A stretch of DNA of 44,894 bases from Reclinomonas americana ATCC 50394. Its lineage: Eukaryota. Below are positions 1 to 20,168 of this stretch, one piece after another. The first letter of the stretch is position 1. Every line of letters begins with the position of its first letter. Location of the stretch: the NCBI GenBank assembly GCA_048213135.1, contig PS015500.1, forward strand, positions 1-44,894. The letters run 5' to 3'. Under the pieces are notes generated by a model. That model searched no databases, had not been told where the DNA came from, and saw only the letters and a program-made list of their open reading frames with translations. The translations under genes and the position numbers were made by a program.

Positions 1-460
1 GAAGAGGCTAAAGGAGAGGAGGGAAAGAAGGAGAGTGGGGAAAAGGGACGGAGGGGAAGAGAAGTAGGATGAGAAACGAGTGGAGAAGAAAGTGGCTCCA
101 GAAAGTCGAGACAGAGTGAGCCGACGAGAAAGAGGAGACGAGAAAAGCGGAGATGAGGAGCATAGAGGAGGAAAGCAGAGAAAGACGGAGACGTGAACCT
201 GCAGTCTCTCCCTTTAATTCTCTCTTTCTATCCCACTCAATTTCAGTCTCCGTTTCTCGACTCTCCCTCTGCGCGTGTGTGTGTGTCTTTTCCCTCACTC
301 TCGCACTGCTTCACTCTACTCTCCCTTTTCTCTCTCCCTCTCGCCCCTCTCCCTCACCCACTCCGTCTTCGTTCGATTTCTCTCTTTCCCTGTCTCACAC
401 ATACTCGCTCTCCGTCTCTCCCTTTCCCTCCCTCCTCCACTCTCCGGCCCTGTACGCAAC

Positions 461-799
461 TTTACAAACACGCGATCCGACGGCCCACTTCCCCCAATCA
501 ATCCACTGCGCAGATGCGACACGAATTCCCTCTCCAGCATGTGCTGATCCACTGCCGAGTGCACGAACACGTGAGGTACTTCGTCAATGAATCAAGGCCA
601 GCAAACATAAACGCACCCTTGTCCTCGGCCAGCAGTGAGAACGCAGAGGCAGAGGCAGGGGGTCCAGGCGGTGGCGGTGGTGGAGGAGGGGGCGGTGGGG
701 GTGGAGGGGGTGTGGGAGTGCCGCCAGCCGAGTGCACTGTCGTCGACACCTTCTTCCTCACACGTGAGCGCTCGGCGCTGGTGGCACGAGGCTCGCCCG
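461..799 (-). CDS. Internal exons of an unidentified gene (Pro-rich exon 799-617, exon 578-461); probably extends to ~2326 upstream and beyond the left window edge
   Basis: A 38-nt GTGCGT...GAAG intron (616-579) joins ...SLLAEDK to VPHVFVHSAVDQHMLEREFVSHLRSGLIGGSGPSDRVFVK in frame, ending at a GTTGCG donor (460). No family recognised. Confidence 0.4.
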
Positions 800-1242
800 C
801 TGTGGAGTAGGGGAAGGAAAGGGAAAGGGAGGTGAGGGGAAGGGAAGGGGAGGGGGAAGGGGAAGGGAAGGGGAAGGTGAGGGAAAGGAAGCGGGGTGAA
901 GGAAGACGTGGTTTATCACAGACGCGTTTTGGTATGAGTGCATGTGCTCTGTGAAAGGGCAACGCTGAGGCGATAAGGCAAGGATAATGGTATCCTGTGC
1001 TTCACCGTGCAACACAGACAGACAGATGAACCGAGAGAGGAAGACACAAAAGGGTGGACACGTCGAGTCGTCGTGTTACCTTTGTGTTCCTCTCTCCCCT
1101 TCTCTCTAGTTCACAGCACGAGTACACAAACAGAGAGAGAGAGCGAGTGTGAGAGAGAGGGCGTGAGTGAAAAAAGCCGTAAAATTGCGTGGGAATGATT
1201 CCAGATGACATGCTTCTCTCGGGTGAACGCCGCAGCAGACAG

Positions 1243-1800
1243 AGAGTCAGACGCACAAGCACGCAGAGGGGAGAGTGATGCGTGAGTGAGAGAGAGAGAG
1301 AGAGACGAGCGCTAATGAGCCGAATGCTTACAAGGCGTGCTTCTCTCAGCAAACGCTTCTTGCCAATGCACATACAGCGACTCAAACGCACAAGCACGCA
1401 GAGGACCGAGAGAGAGAGAGAGAGAGAGAGTGAGAGAGTGAGTGAGTGACAGACGAGTGCTAATGAGCCGAATGCTTGCGAGACGAGCGCTAATGAGCCG
1501 AATGCTTGCGAAGGAAAGGCGTGCTCCTCTCAGTGAACGCTTCTTGCCAAAGCACATACACGCAGAAGACTGAGAGAGAGAGAGGGAGAGAGAGAGTNNN
1601 NNNNNNNNNNNNNNNNNNNNNNNNNNNNNNNNNNNNNNNNNNNNNNNNNNNNNNNNNNNNNNNNNNNNNNNNNNNNNNNNNNNNNNNNAGAGAGAGAGAT
1701 AGAAGTGATTGGTAATAACTGCGTGCTCCTCTCAGTGAACGCTTCTTGCCAATGCACACACAGCGACTCAAACGCACAAGCACGCAGAGGACTGAGAGAG
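1243..1800. repeat. Degenerate tandem repeat mixed with (GA)n, spanning an N gap
   Basis: Recurrent blocks gacgagcgctaatgagccgaatgctt, aacgcttcttgccaa and aaacgcacaagcacgcagagga. Confidence 0.8.
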
Positions 1801-2988
1801 AAGCAAAGAGCCGCGAATGTCACAACCTTGACAGAGCGAGTCCCAGAAACAACTCAGCTGAGCAGCAGAAGATGTGAGGCACAGTGTGTGAGAGAGTGAG
1901 AGAGAGTGAAGAGTGACTGAGGAGGATACAGGTCGACAGTGTGTGATTGGTGGTGATTGAAATGCGACGCAGACAGAGAGGATGCGGCACTTGCCTTGCC
2001 ACATTTCAGCATGCAGCAACTGTTGAAGGAAGAGAGAGGCAGGGGGGGGGAGAGTGCGCGTATGTGTGAGAGAGAGGCACACGCGTGTGCACAAGAAGAG
2101 AGAGAGAACGAGAGGGAGAGAAAGACATGGCGCGCGCGTGCGTGATGAGAACAGAGAGCGCGTCCTCGTTCTCCTTATCTCCACAAGGCGTATCAAGAGC
2201 AGCCAAAGAGAGAGCACACACAGACAGAGAGGAAGAGCGTGCTTGAGTGTGTGTAATCTCTGATGATTGGAAGCGCCGTTGTGGTGTCCGATTGCGTACG
2301 CACATCCAAAGACCAGCGAGGCCATGAGCGGAGGCGGCTTACTGGCTGACTGGCTGGTCGACTTGACTGACTGGAGGAACGCCACACGAGACCCTCTCTA
2401 ATCACCACGCGCAGCGCGCCGAGAAACTAACAAAGTGATTGCTATCCGTTGACCGGCGATCGAACGAAACTGTAACCAATTCGAATTTATTGCATGATGT
2501 GGATGAGCTGATCACGTGGTGTACTCGGTGATGGAAGTGGATTGCACGCACTGCTCGTGTATCGACAGCTAGGATCGGAATTCCTCAATCGCGAATTCGA
2601 AATCGAAAGCGGCACCTTGGCCGGGATCCGGATCGGGGATCGGGAAGGTTCCGCCTGTCGATCAGCAGGCACTGAGACTGGTGCATATGCGGATAAGGTG
2701 GTGCAGATCAAACCGATGACGCCAATCACTGATGCGACAACAATGACAACAACAACAACAACAACAACTGCGCCCACCACCAGCCACCACCGATATGAGC
2801 CTCACCAACAACATGACAAGCTCTCTTGTGTTTCAACCACGCCACACCACCACTGTTTGCTTCTTTTGCNNNNNNNNNNNNNNNNNNNNNNNNNNNNNNN
2901 NNNNNNNNNNNNNNNNNNNNNNNNNNNNNNNNNNNNNNNNNNNNNNNNNNNNNNNNNNNNNNNNNNNNNNNNNNNNNNNNNNNNNGTC

Positions 2989-3051
<63 letters not shown>

Positions 3052-3061
3052 TGTCTGTCTG

Positions 3062-3320
3062 TCTCTTGCTCTTGCTCCTTCTCTTGCTACTTCTCTTTCT
3101 CCTTCTCTTGCTCCTTCTCTTTCTCCTTCTCTTGCTCCTTCTCTTGCTCCTTCTCTTGCTCCTTCTCTTGCTACTTCTTTCTCCTTCTCTTGCTCCTTCT
3201 CTTGCTACTTCTTTCTCTCTCTCTCTCTCTCGCTCTTCTCTTGCTCCTTCTCTTGCTCCTTCTCTTTCTCTTTCTCCTTCTCTTGCTCTTTCTCTTTCTC
3301 TTGCTCCTTCTCCTTCTCCT
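3062..3320. repeat. Pyrimidine-rich 12-mer-based simple repeat (CTTGCTCCTTCT)n following (CT)n
   Basis: Directly visible; lies in the intron after the PAQR exon. Confidence 0.85.
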
Positions 3321-3368
3321 TCCCTTTCTCTCTCACTCTCCCCCCTCCCCCCTCTCTGCCCCCCTCAC

Positions 3369-3902
3369 CGTGTGAAACAGCGCACTGCACGAGAAGCACA
3401 CCAACTCCGCCACCACCAGCAGCAACATCACTCCGCGATCGCCGACCGTCTGCCTCGCCCAATACCCATCGCCATCGGCACCTCCCACCACCAACCCTCC
3501 CGCCAACCACACACAGTAGATGGCGGGCACGAGTGCCGTCCACATATTGGTCAACTCATTGTGCACCGAGGCCACCGACATGACCGCGCGTCGCGTGCAA
3601 TGCGCCACGCGATACCCGTGCTCCAAGTACGGATTGTCGACCATCCAATGCGGTGCCTCGTGTCGCGACACCACACTCGCCTCCCGCTCGCCCCATCCCT
3701 CCCACTGATGCACAAGTGCCTCGTCGTCATGCTCGTGGTCGTTGTGGGACTCCACCGCCGTGCAGCAGCTCTTTCTCGTGTCGTCCTCCTTGCTGCTGCT
3801 GTTGTTGTTGTTGTTGTTGTTGTTGATGCTGGTGTCGCCTCTTGCGCTCGTGCCTGTGCGTGGTCGCTTGGTGTCGCCAGCGGCAGCTGCGGGCGCGCCC
3901 AT
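3369..3902 (-). CDS. PAQR / adiponectin-receptor-like (HlyIII family) protein, first exon only
   Basis: Family motifs PHWMVDNPYLEHGYR, SVHNELTNMWT and TM2 end CFSCSALFHT; ATG at 3902; donor GTGAGG at 3368. The remaining TM exons were not found before the gap at 2870-2985. Confidence 0.85.
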
Positions 3903-4100
3903 GGTGTGCGGAAAAAAACTAAACAAGAGAGTCGGGACAAGGGACGCAGCGAGAGCTGTTTACAAAGCAAATCCCTTGCCGACAATGACCTTCCCTATAC
4001 AAACAATTACTTCTTCAACAGTCATCTTCGCTTTCAGGAGGCAAACACAGTTACAAGCAAGTGATTTGTTTTTTTACAACGATTTGTGTTTTCTTTTTCC

Positions 4101-13229
<9,129 letters not shown>

Positions 13230-13493
13230 GAGAGAAGTGCCCTTTCGCCGACCGCGACAGACAATGCTCTTTCAGCAGCAACACAGCGAGCGAGCGAGTG
13301 TGCGTTTGATGGCACAGAAGGCGAGCGTAGTCTGGGGAGACAGAGGGCAGCACGTAGGACAAGAGAGAGAAAGAGAGAGTGTCGGTTGCGGGGAGAGAGA
13401 CAACAAACGGTGCACACGCGCAAAAGATGATGATGATAATGATGAAATTTGTCGCGCGATTGATTGATTGAGTGGCGATATCGGACATCGACT

Positions 13494-16313
13494 TTATTTG
13501 CTTGCTGGCACGGCCATTGCGTCGCGAAGTCGCTGCAACAATGCGTCGTTGGCGGGCCACTTGCGGGCACCGGCCTCGTTCTGCAGGAGAACCAGGCGCG
13601 ATCCGTGCGGCGCCGCGTATGTTAGCGCCTGGGCATGTCGCGGTCGCTCGCGAACGTGCCTGCGCGCGCACAGCGTTATACGTACGCACGTACGCGCATC
13701 ACGTCGTAATTGCACGCAACATGTGTTGCTGGCCGTGTACGAATCCGTGCTCACCACCAGGTAGTACCACATCGCCGCGGGCAAACGGCGACGCCAGCAG
13801 CAGCTCGAGTGCGCGCATCATCGGATCACTCCAGTTGGGAACAATCACCAGCACCGATAGTGGCTCTGCCGTGCCGTGCATGTGCGCTTCCAGGTGCTCT
13901 GCCATGCGCTCCATGACCTGCATCACATACACACCGTGATGAATGCGTACTAAAAAGACGGATATCGCGGAAAACGCCACGCACCTCTTCTGTGTACGGT
14001 GGATTACACTGCGTCGAGTAATGCGAGAGGCGTGAGTGGCATGCAAGCACACTGCCGCGGCAAACACGACTCACCTCGTACGAGCCACCGGTGGGTGCGC
14101 GATCGAAGAATGAGCCATGGCTGCCGAAATACCTGCACACAGCGTCGTTCGTCAGGAAAGAAACAAGGAGAAAACGAGCGCGGGTGACTCAAGACGGCAC
14201 CGATCAGTGTCGGGAAAGGCAGAGCAAAACGTGGAAAAGTGGCAGTTTAGTGGCGACGCGAAGAGCTCCTGCGGACAAGTCAGCAGAGGTGAGTGGCGGC
14301 GTGCAGAGTGCGTCACCACTCACCATGTTGATGCCAAGCTCCTGCGACATGGTGGCAAACGCCACTGGCGTTGCCGCTGCGTGCATGTTGACCAGGTTGC
14401 CCGGTTCCTTGCTGGCGAGAAGCGTGTCGTACCTGTCGACCAAGTGGAGGGGAAGGGGGGAGGAGGGGGAGGGGAAGGAGAAGAAGAGGAAGAAGAAAAC
14501 AGAAAGGAGAAGAAGAGGAAGAAGAAAACAGAAGATGACGAAGAGGAAGAAGAAGGAGAAGAAGGCAAGTGAGCATGCGAAGAGGGAGACGCGGGTCGTG
14601 ATCTCGCTGAACAAGAGAACGAGAACTTGCCGCACGAAAACGGCAACACGCACCTCTTCAGCATGCAGTACAACAGCCGATCGAAATGCGCTCGTTCTGG
14701 GTCGTGCACACCGCCGTGCTGACGGTAGAGGGCTCGTATGCGGTTGTAGTGTGCGTACGTGATGCGCAGCTTGTCACCGTGGCACTCCACCTCGCACAGA
14801 TCATCGGCAGCTCGAAATCGACACTGGACGGGAACGGTGGCGGTGCGATCGAATGTCGACTCCCTTATGCCACAAAGAGCACAAAAGCGTGTGAGTCGGG
14901 TACGGCACGAGCGGGCGAGGGGAACGGGGATGAAGGTGAACCATTCAACGAATTCCTGTGCACACCGCGTGGCCTCGGCCGACAACTCGGCACACACCTG
15001 GAGCACTCGGTCTTGCGCCAACTCGGCAAGCGGTGCCGACACCTCGGCCTTCAGTTGCTTCATCAGCGACAAGACAGCATCCACCGTGGATGGCGGCACA
15101 TGGCGTGCTCCCTCTGCCACCTCATGCAGTGCACGTCGAATCCGCTCCACGTCGTCTGCGTCACGCACAAGCTCAGCCATTCAGTCTCGCTCCATTGGGT
15201 TTTTTCATGGATCCTTGCGAGCGCACTGGACACCGACAAAAGAAAGGTGCTTTCCAGGCGCAATAGTTCCATCTCCGCTCCCTTTCTGAGTCTTCTTCTC
15301 TCTCCCCAATCCCTCCTCTCTCTCTCTCTCTCTCACTCACTCACTCCCTTCCTTCCCACCGCCGCTGCTGCTCGATGGTGACGACGGCATCGCCGAGCCC
15401 GAGCTGCCACCAGCGCTCCTTGCATCCACAATCAAAGGAAATGGAGCAAAAGGCGCGGGCGACACCATGAGCGGCATCTGGTACGGTTTCGACAAGGGTT
15501 GCAATTGTGGCACAGCACTGCAGGGTGGCGCGTACCTCTGTCTCTCCCTCCCTTCCTCTATCTCGCTTTCTCTCTCTCGCTTTCTGTCTTTCTGTTTCTC
15601 TCTCCCTCCCTCCGTCCCTCCCTCCTTTGCCTCATCTCCCCCTTTCCCCCTCGCCCCTCCCTCCCCCTCACCTGCCGCCACGGTGGAGAGCCACGCCTCG
15701 GCCGCCCGGAGATACTGCTGCAGCGTCTCCGTGGCCTTGGCGAGTGTGTGAAAGCGCGAAGGCAGTCGCCAAGGAATCTCGGCGGCAATCTCTCGCGACA
15801 GCACGTGCGACTCGGTGGCCACCGATGGACGACACAGGATAATGTCGGCTGTCGAGCGGCGACTCTGCGGCAGAGCAATCTGCTCAAAGACCCACCGATC
15901 AAATGCGCCGTGGGGGGCCCTCATGTGCAGAATGCGTTGACATGCTGTTGGGGGAGGAGGTGAGAGAGAGGGAAAGGGAAAGGGAGAGAGAGGAGGGGGG
16001 GGAAGGGAGAAGGAGGCACACCTTCTTGCAGATAGTGCCGCAGGTACAGCATGATCTGGCTGCGGTGCTGCTCAATCAAGGGATGTGGCATTGTGTGCAA
16101 CTGCAAATGCGCGGCGCTCAGTGGCGCTGTGTCTGTTGCATCGCCCGCGTCACTGTGAATGCACACATGAGCACAGACACACAGACACACAGAAGGGGAC
16201 GACAAGCGCAACGGTCCGCGAGCTCGCTTCAGTGGCGGCTGCTCACGCTCCACGTCGTCATCAGCGGCTGCAGCGTCCGCGGGGGGCGACCTGGCGCGCT
16301 TGTTGCCGCTCAT
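13494..16313 (-). CDS. PCIF1: mRNA cap-specific (2'-O-methyladenosine) N6-methyltransferase PCIF1/CAPAM, multi-exon
   Basis: Helical region PHPLIEQHRSQIMLYLR...AFDRWVFEQ...LSREIAAEIPWRL. MTase motifs [68 protein letters not shown] and LVLLQNEAGARKWP are collinear with animal PCIF1 as I recall it. Stop TAA at 13494-13496; the start (MSGNKRARSP) is inferred. Confidence 0.92.
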
Positions 16314-16646
16314 GCAAACGACGTAACGAGGAGGAGCGGAAATCGGGCGCGCACAGGACAGCTCATCGACCTTCGCGGTTGCGCCAGTGAATGCAAGTGG
16401 AGAATGAAGAGCGGGGGAATTCCAGCATAGCGCGCGCGATCCTTTGAACGTGTACGGTGATGCCGATGCACTCGGATCGCACCACACCAAACGGCAACTG
16501 CAACATCATGTCTCGTGTGCTTTTCACGGAGGCCATTTGCACGCCGTCGCGCCTGCTTCTCAGCGGTCTGTACATTGGAAGTACATCGCCCCTCTAACAA
16601 TATACAATCAGAGCCGATTGTCGCAGCGCTTGAGCGCAGTGAGAAC

Positions 16647-16757
16647 CTGATACTTTATCTTCTCTATCTCGTCATCCGTGCCGAGCCGCTGTCCGTGGCT
16701 CCAGTTGAATGCCTGGTTCGGAGTCGCTCCCATGTTCAGCAACTGATATAGGCCTTC
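16647..16757 (-). CDS. Possible exon of an unidentified gene between the 16937 gap and PCIF1
   Basis: One open frame, GLYQLLNMGATPNQAFNWSHGQRLGTDDEIEKIKYQ, ending at a CAG|GT donor. No family recognised. Confidence 0.25.
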
Positions 16758-17047
16758 AATGCGGCACTGGCAGTGCGTTCCGGTGCTGGCAATCGGTGCA
16801 AACGCTGCGGGGACACGGAACACAACTCATAATCATCAGCGACGGCCATCCTCTCTCCTCCTTTCTTTCTCCGTCTCCCTCTCTCTCTCTCTCTCTCTCT
16901 GCTGTACGGCCAAGGCGGATGTACGGTACAGCAGGCNNNNNNNNNNNNNNNNNNNNGTCGGTCGGTCGGTCGTCGACGTACGTACGTACGACGACGACGA
17001 CGACGGACGGACGAACGAACAACAACTAACTAACTACTACTACACGC

Positions 17048-17127
<80 letters not shown>

Positions 17128-17140
17128 TCGCCTCACCAAC

Positions 17141-18292
17141 TCAGCACCAGAAAAGGACGACCTCGGCATCCTCGACGATGAAACAGCGCAGAACCAGCTC
17201 AGGAAGGCATCGTGAGTCCACTTCTTCATCGTCATCCTGCATCTCCTGCACAGCCTGCATGGCCGAGCGAGCGTCGTCGAGCTCGAAGCCCGCAAGGCCA
17301 CGCGGCGTGGACCACACTCGTATCGTCTCGTCTCCGCTCCCACTCACTATATGCTGACCGTCGGGGGAGACGGCAACAGACACCACCAGGTCAGTGTGTT
17401 CCTCCAACCGTCGCTCCTCCTCTCCACTCACCAGAGACCACACCCGCACAGAGTTGTCTCCACCCGCACTCGCGATGTGCTGGCCATCGGGAGTGACGGT
17501 GACAGCATGCACCCACGAAGTGTGTCCCTCCAACCGTCTCACCTCCTCGCCACTCGCCAGCAACCACACCCACACTGTGTGGTCACTGCCACTCACAATG
17601 TGCTGACCATCGGGGGTGACGGCCACAGACTGCACAATGTAAGTATGCCCCTCCATTCGTCGCACCTCCTTGCCACTCGCCAGCACCCACACCCGCACTG
17701 CGTTGTCTCCGCCCGCACTCACTATATGCTGATTATCAGGGGTGACGGTGACAGACCACACTCGATTTGTGTGTCCCTCCAGCCGTCGCACCTCTTCGCC
17801 GTTCGCCAGTGCCCACACCCGCACTGTCTTGTCAAAGCTGCCGCTGATGACGTGCTGACCATCGGGGGCAACAGTGACGGACATCACCGTGTCGGTGTGT
17901 CCCTCCAATCGTCTCACTTCTTCCCCATTCGCCAACGACCACACACGCACGGTACAGTCTCCACCCCCACTGACAACGTGCGTGCCATCGGGAGTGACGG
18001 CGACAGTAAACACCACATCAGTGTGTCCCCCCAGCCATCGCACCTCCTTGCCACTCGCGAGGGACCACACTCGAATGGCCTTGTCCATGCACCCACCGAC
18101 AATGTGCTTGCCATCGGGAGTGACGACGATGGACAGCGCCTCAGCAGCGAGACACTGAATGATCTGTGTCGAGCACCCGTGGTGAGGCGCACAAACACAC
18201 GCAGCAGCGCAAACAACAATCGCACGAACACTCGAATGCACACATAGACACAACCACGCAGAGTGTGCATGCATTCACACCTTTGTTGCCAT
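17141..18292 (-). CDS. 7-repeat WD40 beta-propeller protein with highly similar 42-aa repeats and a ~50-aa C-terminal tail
   Basis: First exon ATG GCA ACA AAG (18292-18281), GT-AG intron, then one exon with seven repeats of consensus GHT..V.SVAVTPDGQHIVSG..D.TVRVWSLASGEEVRRLE, followed by ...EEVDSRCLPELVLRCFIVEDAEV. Confidence 0.92.
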
Positions 18293-18700
18293 TCTCCGTG
18301 AGTGTGTGCGTGTGAGAAGCACTCTGATTCATCCGACGGAACATCAACTTCAACTCTCTCGCGCGCGTGTGCGTGCGCCTCGCGGTGCTGTCTGTGTCTC
18401 AGTGCCCCCTATCTCTCCGCGTCCTCGTCGTGGAGCTCCATTCTCCAACTGCGATGTGAGTGAGATACAGTATATCGTGATATCGCGATCGATCGCGAGC
18501 TCATGATCAGCGCGTGCGCATGCGCTTGCATGCATCGATGCATCGGCTTGAAAGCGAGAACCAACCCAAGACTTTGTAGATATAAGCAAGCACATATTGG
18601 CCGCAGATTCACCGCAGGTTCGCTTCGAGCTGTGTCTTCTGGACTTGCGTGCTCGCGCCTGTTTGTTGTGCACGTGGGCAAAGACCGCGCGCGCAGAACA
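18293..18700. promoter_or_regulatory. Divergent (head-to-head) intergenic region between the WD40 and flotillin genes
   Basis: 408 bp between opposed ATGs; contains perfect palindromes tcgcgatcgatcgcga (18483-18498) and atgcatcgatgcat (18530-18543). The regulatory role is inferred from position only. Confidence 0.5.
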
Positions 18701-20098
18701 ATGACGTTGTCGACGACATTGGACCAGATTCCCAACTCTGTCAAGATCGGCGGCGGTATCCTGATCGCCGGAGCGACTGTGAGCGCGCTGATGGTCGGAC
18801 GACTGCACACCGCCCGTGCCCACGAGGTGCTCGTCAAGACAGGCATCTTCGTCAAGGATATGGCCATCGGCAAGACTTTTTTCCGCCTCCCCTTCCAGAA
18901 CATCCAGACGATCGACATGTCGCCCTCGACATTCTCGTTTGCCGTGAATGCCATGTCGGTGGAGAAGATGGAGTTCCGCTTTCCGGCCGTCTTTACCCTG
19001 GGCCCACGCAACACGGAGGCGGACCTGGCCAAGTACGCCCGCTTCCTGCTGAATCAAGAGAGCAACGACCGCCTGCGCGTCGTCAGTGGCATCATTGAGG
19101 GCGAGGCTCGCTCCGTCGCCGCCAACCTGCCCGTGGAGACCATTTTCGCTGCCCGCACACAGTTCAAGCGTGACGTGCTTGACAATGTGCAGTCGCAGCT
19201 GAACCAGTACGGCTTGGAGGTCTACAACGCCAACATTGAGGAGCTCAAGGACGGTCCCGCTTCCAACTACTTCAAGTCGTTGAGTCAGCGCATCCAGGCC
19301 GAGGCGGAGAACCGAGCCAAGATTGAGGTGGCCGAGCAAGTCAAGTTGGGCGACATTGGAGCCAAGGAGCGCGAGGCGGAGAAGCGTCAACGCACGGCCC
19401 AGATCGAAGCCGAGACTCAGTTGATCGAAAACGAGCGGCAGCAGGAGATTCTGCGCTCCAAGGCCACCCTGGCCAAGACGCAACACGAGCAGGCCCTGGT
19501 GGCAGAAACTGCCAAGATCCGGGCGGCACAGGAGGCCAAGTCGCTGAGCATGGCGTTGGAGCGAGATGTGGAGGCCAAGAGGCAGGAGATGGAGGTGGAA
19601 CGCCAGCGTGCCGATGTCCTGTCCACGAGCCGCGTACTTGCCGAGCGCCTGATCAAGGATGCAGAGGGCGAAGCGAGCGCCCTGCGTATCAGGGCCGAGG
19701 CTGAGTTGTACGCCAAGCTCAAGGAAGCGGAAGGCGTGCAAGCGTTCTACAACGGACAGGCCAGTGGTCTGCAGAGCATGATGGTCGCCTTCAACGGCGA
19801 TGTGCGTGGTTTCATCACCCACCTGATGGTGGAGAAGAATGTGTACGAGAAGCTGGCCGAGGCCAATGCCCGTGCTATTCAAGGTCTGGAGCCCAAGATC
19901 ACGGTGTGGAGTCATGATCCGACCACGGGTCCCGCCACGATTCGCAGTTTGGCACAGTCGATGGTGCCGATGTTGGATACGATCGAGAGCCAGACGGGTT
20001 TCAAGGCGCCCGAGTGGCTGTTGTCTCGCCCCACCGCTCCTGTCCTGGACAGTCCGACGGCCTCCTCCGTCGAGCAGAAGCCTGTCCACGCACAATGA
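18701..20098 (+). CDS. Flotillin-like SPFH/band-7 protein, plant/fungal type, single exon
   Basis: Uninterrupted ORF with EVLVKTG...PFQ...DMSPSTFSFAVNAMSVEKMEFRFPAVFTLGP, GIIEGEAR, QYGLEVYNANIEELKD, an AE-rich coiled coil, and LAEANARAIQGLEPKITVW...TGFKAPEWL. Hydrophobic N-terminal extension. Confidence 0.95.
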   Translation: MTLSTTLDQIPNSVKIGGGILIAGATVSALMVGRLHTARAHEVLVKTGIFVKDMAIGKTFFRLPFQNIQTIDMSPSTFSFAVNAMSVEKMEFRFPAVFTLGPRNTEADLAKYARFLLNQESNDRLRVVSGIIEGEARSVAANLPVETIFAARTQFKRDVLDNVQSQLNQYGLEVYNANIEELKDGPASNYFKSLSQRIQAEAENRAKIEVAEQVKLGDIGAKEREAEKRQRTAQIEAETQLIENERQQEILRSKATLAKTQHEQALVAETAKIRAAQEAKSLSMALERDVEAKRQEMEVERQRADVLSTSRVLAERLIKDAEGEASALRIRAEAELYAKLKEAEGVQAFYNGQASGLQSMMVAFNGDVRGFITHLMVEKNVYEKLAEANARAIQGLEPKITVWSHDPTTGPATIRSLAQSMVPMLDTIESQTGFKAPEWLLSRPTAPVLDSPTASSVEQKPVHAQ

Positions 20099-20168
20099 AA
20101 CTTCATTATAAAGTTCGCTTGAAAATTAGACAAACGTGTTTGATTCGCATCCACGCACACAGCGTCTC

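Noticed and set aside
2487-2780. Minus-strand ORF ending DQLIHIMQ as the PAQR C-terminus
   Set aside because: Only a weak likeness to HQxxH; it lacks the preceding PExxxPG motif and hydrophobic helices of the right spacing.
2542-4064. Long Leu/Ser-rich or Arg/Glu-rich ORFs here and at 4611-5658, 11432-12631 and 40152-41855
   Set aside because: They arise from stop-free CT/GA tracts and N runs, although some overlap real exons.
16900-17050. Odd gtcg/tacg/gacg/aact short-period repeats beside the 20-N gap (also ~20990-21065)
   Set aside because: They sit at contig ends next to (CT)n tracts and look like pyrosequencing flow-order noise, so they are probably not genomic.
17351-18247. His-rich repetitive plus-strand ORFs (also 43617-44717)
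   Set aside because: Antisense frames of the WD40 repeats.
17141-18292. HET-E/NACHT-WD (NLR-like) gene
   Set aside because: No P-loop/NACHT exon; only 408 bp separate its start from the divergent flotillin gene.
18350-20095. 581-aa minus-strand ORF
   Set aside because: Antisense shadow of the codon-biased flotillin CDS, with no motifs of its own.
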